A stretch of 64,000 nt of DNA from an uncultured euryarchaeote (GTDB taxonomy: Archaea; Thermoplasmatota; Poseidoniia; Poseidoniales; Poseidoniaceae): contig CALBRH010000055.1 of the NCBI GenBank assembly GCA_937899865.1, positions 1 to 64,000 on the forward strand, in the 5' to 3' direction. This document shows, in pieces, positions 7,794-15,303 of the stretch. The position numbers were made by a program, and so were the translations under genes. Under the pieces are notes generated by a model. The model worked only from the letters and a program-made list of their open reading frames with translations, had not been told where the DNA came from and did not search any database. Within the stretch, counting starts at the first letter, position 1; each line of letters starts with the position of its first letter.

Positions 7794-9235
7794 GTTTGCA
7801 AATTGAAAATTTCATTGGTGGAGAATTCATAGCACCATTGAAAAAAAACTATCTCGAAAATCTTAATCCAGCTACTGGAAAAATCACATCAAAAATACCA
7901 AGTTCTACCAAAGAAGATGTAGAAATGGCAGTCAAGGCTGCTCAAAACGCCTTACCTAATTGGTCACAACTTTCGATTGACGAGCGAATCATTTGGCTAA
8001 GAAAAATTGCTAACGCCCTGGAATCACGCAAAGAAGATGTTGCCGCTTTAGAAAGCATGGACACAGGCAAACCAATTAGTCTCGCCAAGCGAGTAGATGC
8101 TGCACGTAGTGTAAGTAACTTCGAATTTTTTGCTGAACATGCTGAGAATCTAATTGAACTGAATTACAAAATGTCTGACGCAACTAATTATGTGACCAGA
8201 AAACCTGTTGGCGTTGTAGGTCTAATTACTCCTTGGAACCTTCCGCTATACTTGCTGACATGGAAAATTGCTCCTGCATTGGTAATGGGTAATACAATAG
8301 TGGCAAAACCAAGTGAAATGACTCCACTAACCGCTAACTTACTGTGCGAGATTCTAACATCAATAGAATTCCCAGAAGGAGTGATAAATATTGTTCATGG
8401 TCTTGGACCAAGTGCTGGTCAATCTATTTTAGAACATCCAAACATCAAGGCAATCTCATTTACTGGCGGTACTGCAACTGGAAAGATTGTTGCACAAACA
8501 GCTGCACCTATGTTCAAAAAATTATCACTTGAACTCGGTGGTAAAAATGCTACCATTATTCTTGATGATGCTGACTTGCCAAATGCAGCAAAAGGTGCTG
8601 CTAGAGCAGCATTTACGAATTCTGGCCAAGTATGTTTATGTGGTTCAAGAATTCTTGTTGCTGACAACATCTATGATGAATTTGTTACTTTATTGATTAA
8701 TGAAGTTGAATCCATGACAATTGGTAATCCAAGTGATGAAAACACTGACATCGGTTCTGTAATTTCATCTGAACACATGGAAAAGGTCCTCTCATACATT
8801 GAACTTGCCAAACAAGAAGGTGGGAAAATTTCTGTGGGAGGCTCCAAGTTAACACTACCTCCTCCTAATGCTGATGGCGCATTCATCGAACCTACTCTTA
8901 TCGAAGGTTTAGCAATTGATTCCCGATGTGCAACTGAAGAAATTTTTGGACCTGTAGCATCAATTCATCGATTCATTACTGACGATGAAGCAATTGAAAT
9001 GGCTAACATCACTGAATATGGTTTAGCAGGCTCGGTCTGGACTTCAAATCCTACTCGTGGCAAATCTGTCGCTGAGCGAATAGATAGTGGTATTTTGTGG
9101 GTAAATACATGGCTTCACCGTGACCTTAGAACTCCATTTGGTGGTGTCAAAAGTTCAGGAGTAGGTAGAGAAGGTGGCGACTGGTCACTGAATTTCTTCT
9201 CTGAACTCAGCAATATATGTGTAAAAGAAGAATGA
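7790..9235 (+). CDS. amnC: Aldehyde dehydrogenase of the 2-aminomuconate/2-hydroxymuconate semialdehyde dehydrogenase (ALDH8-like) type
   Basis: ITPWNLPL, FTGGTATG, LELGGKN (Glu), GQVCLCGSR (Cys), EEIFGPV. The two substrate-binding Arg contexts of this subfamily are present (AARSVSNFEFFA, WLHRDLRTPFGG). GTG start overlaps the upstream TGA; TTG at 7796 is an alternative start. Confidence 0.8.
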   Translation: MSLQIENFIGGEFIAPLKKNYLENLNPATGKITSKIPSSTKEDVEMAVKAAQNALPNWSQLSIDERIIWLRKIANALESRKEDVAALESMDTGKPISLAKRVDAARSVSNFEFFAEHAENLIELNYKMSDATNYVTRKPVGVVGLITPWNLPLYLLTWKIAPALVMGNTIVAKPSEMTPLTANLLCEILTSIEFPEGVINIVHGLGPSAGQSILEHPNIKAISFTGGTATGKIVAQTAAPMFKKLSLELGGKNATIILDDADLPNAAKGAARAAFTNSGQVCLCGSRILVADNIYDEFVTLLINEVESMTIGNPSDENTDIGSVISSEHMEKVLSYIELAKQEGGKISVGGSKLTLPPPNADGAFIEPTLIEGLAIDSRCATEEIFGPVASIHRFITDDEAIEMANITEYGLAGSVWTSNPTRGKSVAERIDSGILWVNTWLHRDLRTPFGGVKSSGVGREGGDWSLNFFSELSNICVKEE

Positions 9236-9271
9236 ACATATCTTGATAAGCAAATTCATTGAATTCACGCT

Positions 9272-9997
9272 ATGTCCGAGACTGGAACATTGCCATTGTT
9301 TGTTCTTCCAATGGTTCTTGTTCCAGGAGAGATACAAAGTCTGCGGATTTTTGAACCGCGATATAGGCAAATGCTCGATGACTGTCTGCTTGATGGCAAA
9401 CCATTTGGCATGATTATGACAGATCCTCTCGCATTCCATAATGGATGGAATGGGCCTCGAGCATTTGGATGTGAAGCAGAAATTATCAGTCATGAAACCA
9501 AAGGAAGTAATCACTTCATTGAATTTGTTGGCCGAAGACGGTTTAAAATCGACAGAGTAATCGAACCTGCTCTTCCACCTTTTGAGGATGAATCAATGGC
9601 TGATTTGATTACGGAAATTGGAATTCTTCCCGACTTAGAGACAATTCTTGAGAGAATTCCAGAAGATAGTGAACATTCGAAACTATATCTTTCAGCAGAT
9701 GTGACTTTCTTAGATGATGAACAAGAATTAACTGAATTTCAACAAACTGAATTAAGGTCTACACTTAATGGTATATTGGGTAAAATTGGTGGAATTTTGC
9801 AAATTGAAAAGGATACTTTAGAGGATTGGATTGAAGATAGAACTGCGACTGTTATTGATGAAAGTTCATCATCTATGTTTGCAGTTGCTGCATTAACTAT
9901 TAGTGACCCAGAAAATAAGTATCAATTATTATCATGTTCTGAACTGAAAGAGGTATTCCTAAAATTGACAAGATTTCTTGCAGAAATGGATGTTTAA
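9272..9997 (+). CDS. LON peptidase N-terminal (substrate-binding, PUA-like) domain protein
   Basis: LPLFVLPMVLVPGE...LRIFEPRYRQMLDDCL...FGMI and GRRRFKI. No ATPase or protease domain. Confidence 0.8.
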   Translation: MSETGTLPLFVLPMVLVPGEIQSLRIFEPRYRQMLDDCLLDGKPFGMIMTDPLAFHNGWNGPRAFGCEAEIISHETKGSNHFIEFVGRRRFKIDRVIEPALPPFEDESMADLITEIGILPDLETILERIPEDSEHSKLYLSADVTFLDDEQELTEFQQTELRSTLNGILGKIGGILQIEKDTLEDWIEDRTATVIDESSSSMFAVAALTISDPENKYQLLSCSELKEVFLKLTRFLAEMDV

Positions 9998-10049
9998 CTC
10001 AATAGATTGATAGCGTGACCTTCAAAACTCCAACGCCTGTGGTTTAACC

Positions 10050-10871
10050 ATGTCCGTTCACGGTCAAGCCAAGAAGGTCACAACTCATACGCTTCAAGAA
10101 ATGAAGCGTGCTGGTGAGAAAATCACTATGCTTACCGCATATGATTACTCACTAGCAAAATTGGTTGACAATGGCGGAGTGGATGTAATTCTTGTAGGAG
10201 ATTCGGCATCAAATGTAATGGCTGGGCAAGTTACTACAGTGCCGATGACTTTGGATCACATGATATACCACGCTCAATGTGTAAAGCGAGCTGTTGACAG
10301 AGCACTTATTGTAGTGGATATGCCGTTTGGAACCTATCAAGGTAATTCTGCAATTGCTCTTGAATCTGCTATTCGAATTATGAAAGAAGCAGAAGGTCAT
10401 GCTGTCAAGTTAGAAGGTGGGGCTGAAATTGTTGAGTCAATTAAGAGAATTCTAACTGCTGGTATTCCAGTAATGGGACATCTTGGACTTACTCCTCAAT
10501 CAATTTACAAATTTGGCACATACAGTGTTAGAGCAAAGGAAGATGATGAAGCGGCTAAGTTAATTGAAGATGCTAAAATCCTTGAAGAAGCTGGTTGTTT
10601 TGCAATTGTATTAGAAAAGATTCCCCGTGAACTAGCAAAGAAAGTAAGTGAGGCGATTAACATACCAACCATTGGAATCGGCGCTGGCCCTGATTGTGAT
10701 GGACAAGTATTGGTATTGCATGATTTGCTTGGCATAACTATGGACTTTTCACCAAGATTCCTTAGGAGATATCTAAATCTTGCAGAATCAATTGATGGTG
10801 CAGTAAAGCAATACTGCGAAGATGTTAGAACTGGCGATTTCCCTAATGATTCTGAGAGTTATACATCATAG
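10050..10871 (+). CDS. panB: 3-methyl-2-oxobutanoate hydroxymethyltransferase
   Basis: [50 protein letters not shown]. Confidence 0.97.
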   Translation: MSVHGQAKKVTTHTLQEMKRAGEKITMLTAYDYSLAKLVDNGGVDVILVGDSASNVMAGQVTTVPMTLDHMIYHAQCVKRAVDRALIVVDMPFGTYQGNSAIALESAIRIMKEAEGHAVKLEGGAEIVESIKRILTAGIPVMGHLGLTPQSIYKFGTYSVRAKEDDEAAKLIEDAKILEEAGCFAIVLEKIPRELAKKVSEAINIPTIGIGAGPDCDGQVLVLHDLLGITMDFSPRFLRRYLNLAESIDGAVKQYCEDVRTGDFPNDSESYTS

Positions 10872-11366
10872 GCCCATACTGTAAACTAGCAAAGCGCCAG
10901 AAAATGAGCCAATATCAACAGCAAATGCATGCCATACACCATACCTAAATGGTGGCAAATCATACCTTCCCCAAGAGGTAGAAATCCAAACCCATAGTAG
11001 CAAAGCACCATAGCCGCCACAAAATAATGCGCCCCATCCTGAGAACCAAACCACAAAGAAAATTACTCCAGGTAAAGCAATACCCATGCTGTACTCATAC
11101 CATCTTGATGCTTCTCCCCTTACCAGTATGAAATAAAGTAATGGAGAAAGAAGAATCGAAGTCAAAATTGCTCCTTGGGGTGGTGAAGGCCAACTATATT
11201 CGGGAGTGATATATTGCTGGAAGATAATTCCTACAATCATACCAAATAATGCTGGTGCGATAATGTGTCTTATTCCAGTATCAAAATCAATACCTCTTAC
11301 ACGGTCTAATTCTGATTCATTGGACGAGCTTGCATACTGAGATACCTCAATTTCTAACTCGTCCAT
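10866..11366 (-). CDS. Hypothetical multi-pass membrane protein
   Basis: 166-aa ORF with about 5 hydrophobic segments; its stop overlaps the panB stop region by 6 nt. Confidence 0.7.
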   Translation of the reverse strand: MDELEIEVSQYASSSNESELDRVRGIDFDTGIRHIIAPALFGMIVGIIFQQYITPEYSWPSPPQGAILTSILLSPLLYFILVRGEASRWYEYSMGIALPGVIFFVVWFSGWGALFCGGYGALLLWVWISTSWGRYDLPPFRYGVWHAFAVDIGSFSGALLVYSMGL

Positions 11367-11453
11367 AATTCACCCAATCAGCGCTGGTGTTTGAGCCTTA
11401 GGGCGAGGATATTATCCGTTTATGATATAGGCAACCTACTCATAGCGTGCAAC

Positions 11454-12350
11454 ATGGCGCAGGGCGAGATTGTTGCGGGCTGTTTAGCACCGCACCCACC
11501 CCACTTGGTTTATGCTGAGAATCCAGAGCAGAATGAACCGGTTGCAGAAGGTGGCTGGGAACAGCTTAGATGGGGTTATGAACGACTTAGAGACTCGCTA
11601 AAGGGGATAGAATATGATGCGATAGTAATTCTATCGCCACACTGGCAAACCTATGTAGGAACTCATTTCCTTGGACTAGAAAATTTCCAAAGTCTTTCTG
11701 TAGATCCTATTTTTCCCAACCTATTTCGCTATCACTACGACATGAATGTTGATGTTGAACTTGCTCAACAGATTCATGACAAAGCCGACAAAGCAGGTTT
11801 GACAGTCAAGATGATGACTAATCCTGATTTTAGAGTAGATTATGGAACTATTACCACAGGCCACATGTTTAGACCACAATGGGATAAGCCATTAGTGGTA
11901 ATTTCCAGTAACCGCTCAAGTGCATACTATTCAGTTGAAGTTATGCAAGAAATGATGATAGAACTTGGTAAAGCAACACGTGAAGCGATTTTGGAAAGTG
12001 GAAAGAAAGTTGTTGTATTAGCAAGTAACTCATTATCTCATCGTCATTTCACCACTGAGTCAGATATTCCAGAAGATATGAGCAAAGAGCACATTACTAG
12101 TCATGCTATGCATTTGTGGGATATGCGAATTATTGACTACATGAAATCAGGTCAATGCCAGAGAATTATTGATGAAATGCCTGAATTTACCGAACAAGCG
12201 ATTGCTGAAACAGATGGTGGAGCATTTACTTGGTTGCTATCTACTCTGGAAGTCCCAAACTATCCAGCAATTCTCCACGGATACGGCACAATTATTGGCA
12301 CTGGTAATGCAATCGTTGAGTGGCCAGTCTACAAACATAAGGAGGCATGA
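11454..12350 (+). CDS. amnB: 2-aminophenol 1,6-dioxygenase catalytic (beta) subunit, LigB-type extradiol dioxygenase
   Basis: MAQGEIVAGCLAPHPPHLVYAENPEQNEP...GGWEQLRW, SPHW, SVDPIFPNLFRY, FRVDYGTITT, SNSLSHRHF, AETDGGAFTW and GYGTIIGTGNA closely follow AmnB/CnbC-beta as I recall it. The His/His/Glu iron ligands and catalytic His and Tyr positions are present. Confidence 0.9.
   Translation: MAQGEIVAGCLAPHPPHLVYAENPEQNEPVAEGGWEQLRWGYERLRDSLKGIEYDAIVILSPHWQTYVGTHFLGLENFQSLSVDPIFPNLFRYHYDMNVDVELAQQIHDKADKAGLTVKMMTNPDFRVDYGTITTGHMFRPQWDKPLVVISSNRSSAYYSVEVMQEMMIELGKATREAILESGKKVVVLASNSLSHRHFTTESDIPEDMSKEHITSHAMHLWDMRIIDYMKSGQCQRIIDEMPEFTEQAIAETDGGAFTWLLSTLEVPNYPAILHGYGTIIGTGNAIVEWPVYKHKEA
12341..12345 (+). 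promoter_or_regulatory. Shine-Dalgarno GGAGG for the alpha-subunit fusion gene
   Basis: GGAGG lies 7 nt before ATG 12353, which supports that start (MTNGEIV, parallel to MAQGEIV). Confidence 0.6.
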
Positions 12351-12352
12351 AA

Positions 12353-13744
12353 ATGACTAATGGTGAGATTGTTGAATCATTTGTTGTACCTGTTCATCCA
12401 CACACTGTGCTGGCACCTGAACAAAATGAGGGTTGGGGCAGATTAAGAAAAGCATATGATGATGCTGCAAAAATTATCCAAGATAGTGGTGCAGATTTAT
12501 TGATTATTTATTCAACCACTTGGCCAAGTATCATTGGCCATCAAATTATTTCAGACCCTAATCCTGAATGGGTGATGGTAGATCATGACTTCCATGAGTT
12601 AGGTTCAATTCATTACTCATTCAAGATTGATGTTGAATTTGCCGAGCAATGGAATGCAGAAAACAAATCACGTGGATTACAAAGTCGATGTGTGAACTAT
12701 CATGGTTTTCCGATTGATGTAGGTTCAGTAGTTGCACTTACTCTACTAAATCCAGAAAATAAAATACCAGCAATTATCGTTTCGTCTAATGTTTATGCCG
12801 ACAGGAGTGAAACTACAGTCCTAGCTAAAGCATGCCGAGATTTGGTAAAAAGAACTGGACGTAAAGCTGTAGCAATCACTGCAATGTCCCTTTCAAATAG
12901 AATGTTCACTGAACATATCGACCCTAAAGATGACCGTATCCATTCTTTGAAAGATGATGAATGGAATCAAAAGATATTGGAATTTTTATCTGAAGGTAGG
13001 CTTGAGGATGTTGGCCAACTCTCAAGAACTATTCAGCGACAGATACGTGTTCAAAAAGTGGTTAATTTCAAGCCAATGTGGTGGTTATCTGCAATGAATG
13101 ATAATCGAAATAATTTGACTGGTAATGTTCTAGCATATGAGGGAATTCACGGCGCAGGTTGTGCTGTGGTAAATCTCAATCCTACGCCCTCTGGATTTGG
13201 TGACAAAGAATATGATGAAGATGATGTTGAAATTTTTGCTGGTGAAAGGGGCGTATTGGACTCTAACACACAACAAGAAAGTAAGATAGAAACAGACGAT
13301 GGACCTGCTTTATGGGAGCCAACTAAGGCTGAAGGTTCAGTTAATACAGATGCTGCTCCAAAACCCGTTGGTGCATATCCGCATGCAAGAAGAGTTGGTG
13401 ACTTGATTTACTTGTCAGGAGTGGGTCCAAGGCAGCCTGGAACTAATGAGATTCCTGGTGGGCCAATTCATGACAATAGCGGTAAACCTCTCAACTATGA
13501 CATAAAAGAACAGACTCATGCTGTTGTCAATAACATCGCTAGAATTCTCGAAGAAGCTGGTTCATCACTTGACAAAGTTCTCGATGTGACTTCTTTTTTA
13601 GTAGATATGGATCGTGACTTTCAAGGTTACAATGAAGTTTGGGCAGAAACCCTTGGTAAAGTTGGACCTACTAGAACTACCTTAGCAATAAGGGCTTTAC
13701 CAACACCAATTGCCGTAGAGATGAAGGTTATCGCCAGTATTTGA
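12353..13744 (+). CDS. amnA: Fusion: 2-aminophenol 1,6-dioxygenase alpha subunit + acidic linker + RidA-family (2-aminomuconate deaminase-like) domain
   Basis: The N-terminal ~270 aa (ADLLIIYSTTW, VNYHGFPIDVGSV, IDPKDDRI...DDEWNQKIL, LAYEGIHGAGCAVV) match AmnA. The C-terminal APKPVGAYPHARRVGDLIYLSGVGPR...PTRTT...IAVEMKVIA is RidA with its catalytic Arg. One continuous frame. Confidence 0.88.
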   Translation: MTNGEIVESFVVPVHPHTVLAPEQNEGWGRLRKAYDDAAKIIQDSGADLLIIYSTTWPSIIGHQIISDPNPEWVMVDHDFHELGSIHYSFKIDVEFAEQWNAENKSRGLQSRCVNYHGFPIDVGSVVALTLLNPENKIPAIIVSSNVYADRSETTVLAKACRDLVKRTGRKAVAITAMSLSNRMFTEHIDPKDDRIHSLKDDEWNQKILEFLSEGRLEDVGQLSRTIQRQIRVQKVVNFKPMWWLSAMNDNRNNLTGNVLAYEGIHGAGCAVVNLNPTPSGFGDKEYDEDDVEIFAGERGVLDSNTQQESKIETDDGPALWEPTKAEGSVNTDAAPKPVGAYPHARRVGDLIYLSGVGPRQPGTNEIPGGPIHDNSGKPLNYDIKEQTHAVVNNIARILEEAGSSLDKVLDVTSFLVDMDRDFQGYNEVWAETLGKVGPTRTTLAIRALPTPIAVEMKVIASI

Positions 13745-13872
13745 ATTACCGGATTTCGGACATAATCCTTAGATTTCTTTAGTAATCAATAACTACCTTC
13801 GGTTGTTACCGCCCAATATTGATAGGTATTTGGTAGAAATACGGTAATTTACCAAAATGAGGTGAGATTTCA

Positions 13873-15291
13873 ATGGACATAAAATCAACCGCAGACAAAT
13901 TGCTGAAGGGTGATGTTTCGGGCGTTGTTGATGATGTTAAATCAACCATCAAAAGATCATTGACATTAGTTGGAGTAATTATTGTCACTGTAGCCGCAAG
14001 TATTGGCTCAGGGTTATTTGTCCTTCCTTCTTTTGCTGCCTCAGTAATGGGTCCAGGAATATGGTTGGCATTTTTACTGGCCGGAATCGTGTTTTTACCT
14101 GGTGCTTTGTCAAAATCAGAACTGGCTTCTGCAATGCCAGTAAATGGTGGTGCATATGTTTACCTCGAACGGTCATTCGGACCAATTATTGGAACCATTA
14201 GTGGTTTAGGATTATGGGCTTCATTTCTACTGAAATCTGCCTTTGCATTGATTGGTTTTTCCGCTTACATGTATGCGGTAACGAATTATCTTGACATATC
14301 TACTAACGCTACGTTTGTTATCATGTCTGCACTAGCATTGATTACTATACTCAATATCTTTGGTATTAAGAAAGTCAAAGCATTTCAAACACCAATCTTG
14401 GCATTAACTACAATATTGATTTTAGTCATATGTTTCATCCAATTATTCGATGCAAGTTTTGATTTTTCCCGCCCCATTGATGGAGCATTTGACGTTTCAA
14501 GAGATGACCCAGTATTGGTCGCAGAGGCTGCTGCGTTAGTCTTTGTCGCTTATGCAGGAATATACAAAGCAGGGGCTTTGGGTGGAGAAATTAAGGAACC
14601 AAAAAAGAATCTACCTGCTGGTATGCTATTATCTCTACTACTGATTACTTTGCTATATGTGGTTGTTACATTCATTATGATGGGGGCTGTAGAAGGCGAA
14701 TGGTGGGTTAATTCAGATGGTAGCCCAAGAGAAGATCCGATCTTTGCCTTCGTAGATGCTGTGGCATCGACTGAAATTGGCATTGCTATGGCGCTATTAG
14801 CTTTTCTTACAATGATTTCAGGTGCTCTATCAGGATTATTGGCTGCATCAAGATTCTTGTTTGCAATGGCCAAGGATTGTCTTTTACCAGATAATTTAAG
14901 TGAAACAAATGAGAAATTTGGTACTCCTCATTGGTCAATTATTATTACAGGTGTTGCAATGGGAATTTGCATCCTAACATTACCGGTCAAGGATGTTGCT
15001 AAATTAGCCTCAGGATTCCAAATTATGGTCATTGTAGCCTTGAATGCTTGTGTTATTATTCTAAGAAGAGAAAATCAAAAACACGAATGGTACCAACCAG
15101 AATTTAAATCTCCATTGTACCCATTTGTCCAGGTCTTTGGTATAATTGCGGGCGCAATTCTAGTCTACTTGATGGGTTCTAAAGCCATAATTGGAGCATT
15201 AGCCGCCATAGTTCTTGGACTTTCTACCTACAAAATTTATGGTGAAAAGAACTACAAGAATTTGGAAAATACAAGTTTGGAATCTGAATGA
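13873..15291 (+). CDS. APC-superfamily amino acid/amine permease
   Basis: About 12 TM helices; IGSGLFVLP, SELASAMPVNGGAYVYLERSFG, FVAYAG, GGEIKEPKKNLP, SRFLFAMAKD. Confidence 0.92.
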   Translation: MDIKSTADKLLKGDVSGVVDDVKSTIKRSLTLVGVIIVTVAASIGSGLFVLPSFAASVMGPGIWLAFLLAGIVFLPGALSKSELASAMPVNGGAYVYLERSFGPIIGTISGLGLWASFLLKSAFALIGFSAYMYAVTNYLDISTNATFVIMSALALITILNIFGIKKVKAFQTPILALTTILILVICFIQLFDASFDFSRPIDGAFDVSRDDPVLVAEAAALVFVAYAGIYKAGALGGEIKEPKKNLPAGMLLSLLLITLLYVVVTFIMMGAVEGEWWVNSDGSPREDPIFAFVDAVASTEIGIAMALLAFLTMISGALSGLLAASRFLFAMAKDCLLPDNLSETNEKFGTPHWSIIITGVAMGICILTLPVKDVAKLASGFQIMVIVALNACVIILRRENQKHEWYQPEFKSPLYPFVQVFGIIAGAILVYLMGSKAIIGALAAIVLGLSTYKIYGEKNYKNLENTSLESE

Positions 15292-15303
15292 ATTTCGAAA
15301 ATT

